Assembly (NCBI GenBank): GCA_019828565.1
Contig: JAHDYR010000015.1
Coordinates: 630,240 to 694,239 of the forward strand
Length of the DNA stretch: 64,000 bases
Source of the DNA: Carpediemonas membranifera BICM
Lineage: Eukaryota; Protista; Fornicata
Reading direction: 5' to 3'
Positions 1 through 12,200 of this stretch are shown here, one piece after another. Position numbers and translations under genes: made by a program. The notes beneath the pieces were generated by a model. That model was given only the letters and a program-made list of their open reading frames with translations. It was not told the DNA's origin and did no database searches. Within the stretch, counting starts at the first letter, position 1, and each line of letters starts with the position of its first letter.

Positions 1-3000
1 GCGGTGTGCGGCGTGTCGACGTTCTCGACGTAGTGACCCACGCTCGACGTCGTGCATGACGGCGATGCGGCAGAATCGCTGTATTCGCCGTTGAAGCAGT
101 TCGTGCAGGACGAAGCGCCTGCGTTCGAGAAGGTGCCAGCTGGGCATGGCTCCTGACCGGATTGGTCTCCCTTCGTCTTGTAGCCAGCAGTCGCGGTCGT
201 GCAGCCGCTGGCGCCGTCCACCGACCACTTGCCAGTGGCGCAGTCGTCTTGGGTCGCGTGCGGCTGGTTGTCGTCGAGGACGAAGTGGCCGGCGTCGGCC
301 TCGACGCAGGTGGCCTTGCCGGTGGCAGGCTGGTAGTGGCCGTTGTCGCAGACATACTGGGTCGTGTGCGCGTCGCCGTCATTCGGGACGTAGTAGCCGG
401 CGGCTGCGGTGTCGCACGAGGCCTGCGCGGGGTCGGGTTGGTACTTGCCGTTGTTACACTTGATGCAGACAGCGGCGAGCGCACTGGAGTAGGTGCCTGC
501 CGCGCAGTCCTCCTGGGCTATGTGGGCGTCGTTGTCGTCGGGAACGAAGTGGCCGGGGGTCGCATCAAGGCAGGTCGACTGCACACTGTTCGGCTGGTAC
601 TTGCCGTTGTTACACTTGATGCAGGTAGACGCGCCGGCCTCCGAGTATGTGCCTGCGGGGCAGTCCTCCTGGCCTGACTGGTCGCTGTTCGTCTTGTGGC
701 CCGCCGTCGCCTGGGTGCAGCTGGACTGGCCGGTGCCGGCATACTCGCCTGCGTCGCACGGCTCCTGCGCGGTGTGCGGCGTGTCGACGTTCTCGACGTA
801 GTGACCCACGCTCGACGTCGTGCAGGACGGCGATGCGGCAGAATCGCTGTATTCGCCGTTGAAGCAGTTCGTGCAGGACGAGGCGCCTGCGTTCGAGAAG
901 GTGCCAGCTGGGCATGGCTCCTGACCGGATTGGTCTCCCTTCGTCTTGTAGCCAGCAGTCGCGGTCGTGCAGCCGCTGGCGCCGTCCACCGACCACTTGC
1001 CAGTGGCGCAGTCGTCTTGGGTTGCGTGCGGCTGGTTGTCGTCGAGGACGAAGTGGCCGGCGTCGGCCTCGACGCAGGTGGCCTTGCCGGTGGCAGGCTG
1101 GTAGTGGCCGTTGTCGCAGACATACTGGGTCGTGTGCGCGTCGCCGTCATTCGGGACGTAGTAGCCGGCGGCTGCGGTGTCGCACGAGGCCTGCGCGGGG
1201 TCGGGTTGGTACTTGCCGTTGTTACACTTGATGCAGACAGCGGCGAGCGCACTGGAGTAGGTGCCTGCCGCGCAGTCCTCCTGGGCTATGTGGGCGTCGT
1301 TGTCGTCGGGAACGAAGTGGCCGGGGGTCGCATCAAGGCAGGTCGACTGCACACTGTTCGGCTGGTACTTGCCGTTGTTGCACTTGATGCAGGTAGACGC
1401 GCCGGCCTCCGAGTATGTGCCCGCGGGGCAGTCCTCCTGGCCTGACTGGTCGCTGTTCGTCTTGTGGCCCGCCGTCGCCTGGGTGCAGCTGGACTGGCCG
1501 GTGCCGGCATACTCGCCTGCGTCGCACGGCTCCTGCGCGGTGTGTGGCGTGTCGACGTTCTCGACGTAGTGACCCACGCTCGACGTCGTGCAGGACGGCG
1601 ATGCGGCAGAATCGCTGTATTCGCCGTTGAAGCAGTTCGTGCAGGACGAGGCGCCTGCGTTCGAGAAGGTGCCAGCTGGGCATGGCTCCTGACCGGATTG
1701 GTCTCCCTTCGTCTTGTAGCCAGCAGTCGCGGTCGTGCAGCCGCTGGCGCCGTCCACCGACCACTTGCCAGTGGCGCAGTCGTCTTGGGTCGCGTGCGGC
1801 TGGTTGTCGTCGAGGACGAAGTGGCCGGCGTCGGCCTCGACGCAGGTGGCCTTGCCGGTGGCAGGCTGGTAGTGGCCGTTGTCGCAGACATACTGGGTCG
1901 TGTGCGCGTCGCCGTCATTCGGGACGTAGTAGCCGGCGGCTGCGGTGTCGCACGAGGCTTGCGCGGGGTCGGGTTGGTACTTGCCGTTGTTACACTTGAT
2001 GCAGACAGCGGCGAGCGCACTGGAGTAGGTGCCTGCCGCGCAGTCCTCCTGGGCTATGTGGGCGTCGTTGTCGTCGGGAACGAAGTGGCCGGGGGTCGCA
2101 TCAAGGCAGGTCGACTGCACGCTGTTCGGCTGGTACTTGCCGTTGTTGCACTTGATGCAGGTAGACGCGCCGGCCTCCGAGTATGTGCCCGCGGGGCAGT
2201 CCTCCTGGCCTGACTGGTCGCTGTTCGTCTTGTGGCCCGCCGTCGCCTGGGTGCAGCTGGACTGGCCGGTGCCGGCATACTCGCCTGCGTCGCACGGCTC
2301 CTGCGCGGTGTGTGGCGTGTCGACGTTCTCGACGTAGTGACCCACGCTCGACGTCGTGCAGGACGGCGATGCGGCAGAATCGCTGTATTCGCCGTTGAAG
2401 CAGTTCGTGCAGGACGAGGCGCCTGCGTTCGAGAAGGTGCCAGCTGGGCATGGCTCCTGACCGGATTGGTCTCCCTTCGTCTTGTAGCCAGCAGTCGCGG
2501 TCGTGCAGCCGCTGGCGCCGTCCACCGACCACTTGCCAGTGGCGCAGTCGTCTTGGGTTGCGTGCGGCTGGTTGTCGTCGAGGACGAAGTGGCCGGCGTC
2601 GGCCTCGACGCAGGTGGCCTTGCCGGTGGCAGGCTGGTAGTGGCCGTTGTCGCAGACATACTGGGTCGTGTGCGCGTCGCCGTCATTCGGGACGTAGTAG
2701 CCGGCGGCTGCGGTGTCGCACGAGGCTTGCGCGGGGTCGGGTTGGTACTTGCCGTTGTTACACTTGATGCAGACAGCGGCGAGCGCACTGGAGTAGGTGC
2801 CTGCCGCGCAGTCCTCCTGGGCTATGTGGGCGTCGTTGTCGTCGGGAACGAAGTGGCCGGGGGTCGCATCAAGGCAGGTCGACTGCACACTGTTCGGCTG
2901 GTACTTGCCGTTGTTACACTTGATGCAGGTAGACGCGCCGGCCTCCGAGTATGTGCCCGCGGGGCAGTCCTCCTGGCCTGACTGGTCGCTGTTCGTCTTG

Positions 3001-6000
3001 TGGCCCGCCGTCGCCTGGGTGCAGCTGGACTGGCCGGTGCCGGCATACTCGCCTGCGTCGCACGGCTTCTGCGCGGTGTGTGGCGTGTCGACGTTCTCGA
3101 CGTAGTGACCCACGCTCGACGTCGTGCAGGACGGCGATGCGGCAGAATCGCTGTATTCGCCGTTGAAGCAGTTCGTGCAGGACGAGGCGCCTGCGTTCGA
3201 GAAGGTGCCAGCTGGGCATGGCTCCTGACCGGATTGGTCTCCCTTCGTCTTGTAGCCAGCAGTCGCGGTCGTGCAGCCGCTGGCGCCGTCCACCGACCAC
3301 TTGCCAGTGGCGCAGTCGTCTTGGGTTGCGTGCGGCTGGTTGTCGTCGAGGACGAAGTGGCCGGCGTCGGCCTCGACGCAGGTGGCCTTGCCGGTGGCAG
3401 GCTGGTAGTGGCCGTTGTCGCAGACATACTGGGTCGTGTGCGCGTCGCCGTCATTCGGGACGTAGTAGCCGGCGGCTGCGGTGTCGCACGAGGCTTGCGC
3501 GGGGTCGGGTTGGTACTTGCCGTTGTTACACTTGATGCAGACAGCGGCGAGCGCACTGGAGTAGGTGCCTGCCGCGCAGTCCTCCTGGGCTATGTGGGCG
3601 TCGTTGTCGTCGGGAACGAAGTGGCCGGGGGTCGCATCAAGGCAGGTCGACTGCACACTGTTCGGCTGGTACTTGCCGTTGTTACACTTGATGCAGGTAG
3701 ACGCGCCGGCCTCCGAGTATGTGCCCGCGGGGCAGTCCTCCTGGCCTGACTGGTCGCTGTTCGTCTTGTGGCCCGCCGTCGCCTGGGTGCAGCTGGACTG
3801 GCCGGTGCCGGCATACTCGCCTGCGTCGCACGGCTCCTGCGCGGTGTGTGGCGTGTCGACGTTCTCGACGTAGTGACCCACGCTCGACGTCGTGCAGGAC
3901 GGCGATGCGGCAGAATCGCTGTATTCGCCGTTGAAGCAGTTCGTGCAGGACGAGGCGCCTGCGTTCGAGAAGGTGCCAGCTGGGCATGGCTCCTGACCGG
4001 ATTGGTCTCCCTTCGTCTTGTAGCCAGCAGTCGCGGTCGTGCAGCCGCTGGCGCCGTCCACCGACCACTTGCCAGTGGCGCAGTCGTCTTGGGTTGCGTG
4101 CGGCTGGTTGTCGTCGAGGACGAAGTGGCCGGCGTCGGCCTCGACGCAGGTGGCCTTGCCGGTGGCAGGCTGGTAGTGGCCGTTGTCGCAGACATACTGG
4201 GTCGTGTGCGCGTCGCCGTCATTCGGGACGTAGTAGCCGGCGGCTGCGGTGTCGCACGAGGCTTGCGCGGGGTCGGGTTGGTACTTGCCGTTGTTACACT
4301 TGATGCAGACAGCGGCGAGCGCACTGGAGTAGGTGCCTGCCGCGCAGTCCTCCTGGGCTATGTGGGCGTCGTTGTCGTCGGGAACGAAGTGGCCGGGGGT
4401 CGCATCAAGGCAGGTCGACTGCACACTGTTCGGCTGGTACTTGCCGTTGTTACACTTGATGCAGGTAGACGCGCCGGCCTCCGAGTATGTGCCCGCGGGG
4501 CAGTCCTCCTGGCCTGACTGGTCGCTGTTCGTCTTGTGGCCCGCCGTCGCCTGGGTGCAGCTGGACTGGCCGGTGCCGGCATACTCGCCTGCGTCGCACG
4601 GCTCCTGCGCGGTGTGTGGCGTGTCGACGTTCTCGACGTAGTGACCCACGCTCGACGTCGTGCAGGACGGCGATGCGGCAGAATCGCTGTATTCGCCGTT
4701 GAAGCAGTTCGTGCAGGACGAGGCGCCTGCGTTCGAGAAGGTGCCAGCTGGGCATGGCTCCTGACCGGATTGGTCTCCCTTCGTCTTGTAGCCAGCAGTC
4801 GCGGTCGTGCAGCCGCTGGCGCCGTCCACCGACCACTTGCCAGTGGCGCAGTCGTCTTGGGTTGCGTGCGGCTGGTTGTCGTCGAGGACGAAGTGGCCGG
4901 CGTCGGCCTCGACGCAGGTGGCCTTGCCGGTGGCAGGCTGGTAGTGGCCGTTGTCGCAGACATACTGGGTCGTGTGCGCGTCGCCGTCATTCGGGACGTA
5001 GTAGCCGGCGGCTGCGGTGTCGCACGAGGCTTGCGCGGGGTCGGGTTGGTACTTGCCGTTGTTACACTTGATGCAGACAGCGGCGAGCGCACTGGAGTAG
5101 GTGCCTGCCGCGCAGTCCTCCTGGGCTATGTGGGCGTCGTTGTCGTCGGGAACGAAGTGGCCGGGGGTCGCATCAAGGCAGGTCGACTGCACACTGTTCG
5201 GCTGGTACTTGCCGTTGTTACACTTGATGCAGGTAGACGCGCCGGCCTCCGAGTATGTGCCCGCGGGGCAGTCCTCCCTGGCCTGACTGGTCGCTGTTCG
5301 TCTTGTGGCCCGCCGTCGCCTGGGTGCAGCTGGACTGGCCGGTGCCGGCATACTCGCCTGCGTCGCACGGCTTCTGCGCGGTGTGTGGCGTGTCGACGTT
5401 CTCGACGTAGTGACCCACGCTCGACGTCGTGCAGGACGGCGATGCGGCAGAATCGCTGTATTCGCCGTTGAAGCAGTTCGTGCAGGACGAGGCGCCTGCG
5501 TTCGAGAAGGTGCCAGCTGGGCATGGCTCCTGACCGGATTGGTCTCCCTTCGTCTTGTAGCCAGCAGTCGCGGTCGTGCAGCCGCTGGCGCCGTCCACCG
5601 ACCACTTGCCAGTGGCGCAGTCGTCTTGGGTTGCGTGCGGCTGGTTGTCGTCGAGGACGAAGTGGCCGGCGTCGGCCTCGACGCAGGTGGCCTTGCCGGT
5701 GGCAGGCTGGTAGTGGCCGTTGTCGCAGACATACTGGGTCGTGTGCGCGTCGCCGTCATTCGGGACGTAGTAGCCGGCGGCTGCGGTGTCGCACGAGGCT
5801 TGCGCGGGGTCGGGTTGGTACTTGCCGTTGTTACACTTGATGCAGACAGCGGCGAGCGCACTGGAGTAGGTGCCTGCCGCGCAGTCCTCCTGGGCTATGT
5901 GGGCGTCGTTGTCGTCGGGAACGAAGTGGCCGGGGGTCGCATCAAGGCAGGTCGACTGCACACTGTTCGGCTGGTACTTGCCGTTGTTACACTTGATGCA

Positions 6001-7634
6001 GGTAGACGCGCCGGCCTCCGAGTATGTGCCCGCGGGGCAGTCCTCCCTGGCCTGACTGGTCGCTGTTCGTCTTGTGGCCCGCCGTCGCCTGGGTGCAGCT
6101 GGACTGGCCGGTGCCGGCATACTCGCCTGCGTCGCACGGCTTCTGCGCGGTGTGTGGCGTGTCGACGTTCTCGACGTAGTGACCCACGCTCGACGTCGTG
6201 CAGGACGGCGATGCGGCAGAATCGCTGTATTCGCCGTTGAAGCAGTTCGTGCAGGACGAGGCGCCTGCGTTCGAGAAGGTGCCAGCTGGGCATGGCTCCT
6301 GACCGGATTGGTCTCCCTTCGTCTTGTAGCCAGCAGTCGCGGTCGTGCAGCCGCTGGCGCCGTCCACCGACCACTTGCCAGTGGCGCAGTCGTCTTGGGT
6401 TGCGTGCGGCTGGTTGTCGTCGAGGACGAAGTGGCCGGCGTCGGCCTCGACGCAGGTGGCCTTGCCGGTGGCAGGCTGGTAGTGGCCGTTGTCGCAGACA
6501 TACTGGGTCGTGTGCGCGTCGCCGTCATTCGGGACGTAGTAGCCGGCGGCTGCGGTGTCGCACGAGGCTTGCGCGGGGTCGGGTTGGTACTTGCCGTTGT
6601 TACACTTGATGCAGACAGCGGCGAGCGCACTGGAGTAGGTGCCTGCCGCGCAGTCCTCCTGGGCTATGTGGGCGTCGTTGTCGTCGGGAACGAAGTGGCC
6701 GGGGGTCGCATCAAGGCAGGTCGACTGCACACTGTTCGGCTGGTACTTGCCGTTGTTACACTTGATGCAGGTAGACGCGCCGGCCTCCGAGTATGTGCCC
6801 GCGGGGCAGTCCTCCTGGCCTGACTGGTCGCTGTTCGTCTTGTGGCCCGCCGTCGCCTGGGTGCAGCTGGACTGGCCGGTGCCGGCATACTCGCCTGCGT
6901 CGCACGGCTTCTGCGCGGTGTGTGGCGTGTCGACGTTCTCGACGTAGTGACCCACGCTCGACGTCGTGCAGGACGGCGATGCGGCAGAATCGCTGTATTC
7001 GCCGTTGAAGCAGTTCGTGCAGGACGAGGCGCCTGCGTTCGAGAAGGTGCCAGCTGGGCATGGCTCCTGACCGGATTGGTCTCCCCTTCGTCTTGTAGCC
7101 AGCAGTCGCGGTCGTGCAGCCGCTGGCGCCGTCCACCGACCACTTGCCAGTGGCGCAGTCGTCTTGGGTTGCGTGCGGCTGGTTGTCGTCGAGGACGAAG
7201 TGGCCGGCGTCGGCCTCGACGCAGGTGGCCTTGCCGGTGGCAGGCTGGTAGTGGCCGTTGTCGCAGACATACTGGGTCGTGTGCGCGTCGCCGTCATTCG
7301 GGACGTAGTAGCCGGCGGCTGCGGTGTCGCACGAGGCTTGCGCGGGGTCGGGTTGGTACTTGCCGTTGTTACACTTGATGCAGACAGCGGCGAGCGCACT
7401 GGAGTAGGTGCCTGCCGCGCAGTCCTCCTGGGCTATGTGGGCGTCGTTGTCGTCGGGAACGAAGTGGCCGGGGGTCGCATCAAGGCAGGTCGACTGCACA
7501 CTGTTCGGCTGGTACTTGCCGTTGTTACACTTGATGCAGGTAGACGCGCCGGCCTCCGAGTATGTGCCCGCGGGGCAGTCCTCCTGGCCTGACTGGTCGC
7601 TGTTCGTCTTGTGGCCCGCCGTCGCCTGGGTGCA
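1..7634. repeat. Coding tandem array of ~9.9 near-identical 768-bp units (256 aa each); continues beyond the left edge
   Basis: Identical ORFs recur every 768 bp (146, 914, 1682, 2450, 3218, 3986, 4754), then every 769 bp after 1-bp insertions. Identity to the unit ends at ...gtcgcctgggtgca (7634). Confidence 0.98.
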
Positions 7635-8972
7635 AGAGCTGGCACCGGCAACCGACCACTCGCCAGATGGGCAGGCGGTCTGGGTTGCGTGGGCGTCACC
7701 GTCGTTTGGAACGTAGTAGCCGGCACTGGCGGTCTTGCACGTGGCCTGGCCCGTGTCGTCCTGGTACTTGCCGTTGTTACAGGGCGACAGGCCGCCCCTG
7801 AATGTCCCAACGTACCCTGCACGGATCTTGAGCGTGTAAATGGTGGCCTTATTGTCGTCCGGTGCTCCCACGACCAGGTGGGCGACGCCTCCGGATCCCG
7901 TCCACAGCGCGACGGAGAATCCGAAGTCAGACCCCGAGTCACCCGACAGCGTCTTCTTCAGGAGCCAGCTACTCCCGCCGTACATGTAGAGGTAGACCTT
8001 GTTCTCGTCCTTTGCCCCGATAGCGGCAAAGGGACCGGCGACCGCGACCGAGCAGCCGAAGCCGGTCCCCGATGTCCCGTGGGGGTGATGGAAGGTCTGT
8101 GACAGGGTCAGAAGGGTGCTGGCCCGCGTCCACGCGTACGCTGCGCTGCTGTCGCTGCCGGAGAAGACCCACGTCCCGTCGATACTGACGCTCCTACCAT
8201 GCCTATTGACGCTACTCGGGCAGAAACTGTGATCCTCATCCACTGACACCGCTGTATGATCATCGTTCTCATAGAAGACGTTGATCTTGCCATCACCCTC
8301 ACCAGGTGCGCTGACAACGCAGTACTTTCCGGCAAACCGGTCACACGCGATAGCCCGCCCGCGGTAGTCATCGCCGTCATGTGACCAGTGGTGCTTGTCG
8401 CCAGAGGGATAGTCACCAGCCTTCTTGTAGTACCAGAAGCTACCAGCGTCGTCGCTAAGGCCAAGGAAATCACCGGGGGCGCCAAAACAGCCTGACCCAC
8501 TTGGGAGCATCGCGACGGAGTATCCAAACTCATCGTTGTTACTTGCTGGAGCAAGATGCTTGAGCTGGGCCCAATTGCCGCTGCCGTCTCTATTGTAGAT
8601 GATGACAGCTCCCTCGTCGCCGCTGTACTCGTCTGCGCCAGAAGCAGCATATCCGAGCGTGCTGATGTCCACAGACCTGCCCAGGTTGTCGCCAGTGTTG
8701 CTCGTTGTGGCGAGGGTCGGGGAGGAGGGCCATGTTTCCGTGGAGCTGTCGTATTCAGCTGTGAAGACCGCGTCTGTGGCATCGGGAGCACCAATAATCA
8801 CCCAGTCACCCGCAACGGAAACAGCGTAGCCGAAATCGCTGCCTGAAGCTCCAGTATAAGTCTTGCTTGTTGTGGTGAAGGTTAAATCGGCGATGACGTG
8901 CGGAGCTAAAGCGATAAAAGCTAAAAATAATGCGAAAGAAGATAGTACTCCTATGCTAAATGGGTTTGTCAT
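1..8972 (-). CDS. Giant secreted/surface protein: signal peptide, FG-GAP (integrin-alpha-like) beta-propeller, then long Cys-rich GCC2/GCC3 (ephrin-receptor-like) repeats; 3' end outside the window; three +1 C insertions break the frame in this assembly
   Basis: ATG at 8972 followed by hydrophobic MTNPFSIGVLSSFALFLAFIALAPHVIA. FG-GAP blades include SDFGYAVSVAGDWVIIGAP, DEFGYSVAM, GFGCSVAVAGPFAAIGA and SDFGFSVAL...LVVGAP. Repeats read CPAGTYSEAGASTCIKCNNGKYQP. Extra C at 5276-5278, 6045-6047 and 7083-7086. Confidence 0.85.
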
Positions 8973-9235
8973 GCTTTTCTAAACCGATCCAGGGCTTTTG
9001 GGCTGGATAGTGGATGTCCCAATTTTCAGCTTTCAAAGACAGCCACAGAATATTCTGGACAGAATCTAGGATCTACACTCTTCACACGTTCACAAATAGC
9101 ACCCCAATCCCCTTCTCGCCCTCTGCCGACGATACCGTGCAATGCGGGTCACCCCGCCAACGGTGGCGGGCACCAGGCCGGGACTCCGGGCAATGTGGCC
9201 CAGTAAAAGCACTCATAGTCCGTCTCCATTTACCG

Positions 9236-12200
9236 TCACCGCTCAAGATGACTGATGCCAAACAATGTCAGCTCAAGCGCCTTCAGATGGTCGAAGAACT
9301 CCTTGACACGGAGTCCGTTCATCGTCAGCATGAACCCAAGCTCAGTCAGGTCGGGTGATGGCATCATGGCTGCGTTGCTCAGCTTCTTGAGCTCCTCGAA
9401 CCTGAATACCAGGTCGACAAAGTCCAGCGTCGCCAAGCTCGACTGCGCAGCCGTCAGCACATCGATGAGCTCGGCCCGGTGCTGGACGAATATCGTGTGG
9501 AAGACCGCCGTGTCCGAGGTCTCGCGGCCCCTCACGTCCTCCCGGAAGCCCGCATCGCACGACGAAGCCCGCAGGCTGAGGTAGCGATCACCCAAGGCGA
9601 ACACCATCTTCTCCAACGCCACACCATATGTGACGCCGGCTGCAATGTACTCGCGCTGCTCGACGAGGGTCTGGGCCTCGGCGAGGACGCCTTCACAGGC
9701 CCCGAGCTGGGCCATGTGCGGGTCGTCGTCGTCGGGCTCCAGACCCTCGTCGGCAAGCGTCGTCATGTGCTCGTGCAGGGTGTCGATGAGCAGGTTAGGG
9801 TCGATCTGGGTGATGATGTCCTTAAACTGCTTCTTTCCTTTCTTTTTGGAGTAATGGCCGATAGAGGCGGCCTGGGCGACCGTCCTGAGGCCCATGTACC
9901 TCTCCCTGATCATCTTACAATCAACCATCATCTTCTCCTGCGGTATGCCTTCCAGCTGGGCGAGTCGGTTGCGGTGACGGACGAAGAGGAGCTCGCAGAT
10001 CTTGCTCGGCGACTCCGTACGGCTCCGGATGGCGCGTTTTGTCGCCTTGTCGAAGAGGTCGGGCACGAAGTCGTCGACCATGCACGCCATGGCCAGCAGA
10101 CAGCGCTCGACCTCCTTCGTGTACAGGCCAGCGTGGTCCTCGGGCGTCAGGTGCGAGTGGATCGCCCAATCGACACCGTTCCGGATGGCGCGGAGGGTCT
10201 CGGGCAAGAGTTCGGGACGCATGTCGAACATCTTCTCGAGTGCGGTTTGCTCGTCCGCATAGTACTCCATCCGAGAGAGAATGTCATCACCTATGATACT
10301 TGCGGTGTACAGCGTCGCGAACCTCGCCGCAAGATCCATCCAGAAGTTCTCCTCCTTCTCAAGCTCCCGGGCCAGCGACGGGATGGCGGCCCGAAGCCCG
10401 TTGACACCCGGCGCCATGAACATCGCCTCCGCCATGGCGCAGGGGTGGGTGTCGGGTTCAAAGACGAACTTAGAGTTGATCTCGCCGAGGAGGGTCGCGA
10501 GACTGGTGATGATGCGATCGCAGTCGACAGCAAGGAGCACGCTGAGCCCCGTCATGCGGCGCATCGTGGTGTTGTCATCCAGCGGGAACTGCTCCTCGTC
10601 TTCGTCCTCCTCTTCATCGTTGTAGTCGTCCCATTCGTCGTAGAAGGCCCGGTGGTCGTAGTTCCGAGCTTTCACGACGGTCTGGGCGGGCGTGTCGTGA
10701 GATAAACGGGGCTTAGCATGGCTGAGGGCGTCGTCAACCTGCCTAAGACCGCCTATAAGGGCGTCCGCAGCGACAGTCCGCATCGCATTGTCGGCCTTGT
10801 CTGCAGGCATCTTGGCTCCCCCGGATACCGTCTTCGCGAGCTTCTTGAACTCCCTGAACTTCGCCCCGAGCTTGTCGAAGTCCACAGGCAGCCTCAGCTC
10901 GAGCACGGCGGGTCTGCAGACGTTGAACACCTCATGGAACAGCTGTGTCGTCCGCGCTGTCCGGCCTGCAATACCCGCCTCGGCAGCAGGGTCGATGGTG
11001 CCCGGGTGGAGCCGGACAAACTTGGCTGCGATGGAGTAGACGAGGGCGTCCACCCTTTGGTCCATCGCCAGCACTCGATCCGGACCAGGGTCCTTGGCTG
11101 GGACAGGCTTGGACTCCTGCTTGCTCTTATCGTTATTAATTGCCTTCGTTTCCCCTGTCAGCGCCGCCAGGATGCCGTCGAGGGCCCGTAAGAGGTCCTC
11201 TGCTCTGGCCTTGGCGAGTCTGCTGCTGATGTCGAGCCACCACGCCTGGCCCCAGACCTGGGCGGCGAGGGAAGGGTCGGCAGCCAGCCTGGCGATGTTC
11301 CTGACATCCCTGAAGCACTGCCCCAGGGCATCCCAGTCATCGCCCCCGGCCCACTGCCTCTGCCGGAGGAGCTTGACAAGCCTCTTCCGCTGGACGTTGA
11401 ACAGCTCATGGAATAGCTTCGCACAAGACTCCGTGCGGGCCGCAGCACCGGCAGCAGTGGCCGAGTCCAGCAGTGGCGGGTTCGACCCAGACACGGCCTG
11501 GGCTATCTCGTAAACCCGCTCGTCGACTCTACCCCCGAAGTCCAGGGCGGTCCTGATCCACTTCCTGCCGGCCTCGTTGGGGGCATCTGATGGTGCGGTC
11601 TTGGCCTTCTTAGGTGTGGCAGGGGTCAGCCCCGTGGCCCTGGTCGGTGCCACTGCGGTGATGCCTTTGGCCTGACGGGACCTGAGGTCGTCCAGGACCT
11701 CCCGCAGGTTCTCGAAGAGCCGGGTCACCCCAGCCTCCTCGAGCCTTGTCCGTATTTCCTTCCACCCGAATGTACCCCACATCTGGGTCGACTGGACAGG
11801 ATTACCGGCCACCTTGGCGATGAGCTTGACCTCCCTGAACTGCCGGCCGAGGTCATCCCACATGCCGGCCGTCGTCGACCGGTTCATATCCAGCAGCGTA
11901 CATGCCGTCTTACGGTGCTCGTTAAACATGTGGTGGAACAGCTTGGCCGTCGCCCCATCCCTGGCCTCGATTCCTGCCCTCGTCGCTTCATCGAAGAGAT
12001 CAGTCACCATCTCATCCATCATGGCTGCGATGTCGTAGATGTACTGGTCCGCCTTCGTCCCGTACGACTGGGCGATCGCGGTCCAGTGGGCCACACGCTC
12101 CTTGGAGGTCATGATGTCCCACGAGGGCTGGGGGGCGTTGGCCGAGCCCCCGGTCACAGCAGTCTTCATCGCTGAAGGCTTGCTTGGGGTATGGGGCAAG

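Noticed and set aside
1-7634. CRISPR array or non-coding satellite
   Set aside because: No unique spacers. The unit is 768 bp (a multiple of 3) and continues a signal-peptide ORF.
146-7716. Dozens of repeated plus-strand and alternative-frame ORFs in the array
   Set aside because: Shadows of the GC-rich minus-strand Cys-rich frame; unit variants are synonymous in that frame.
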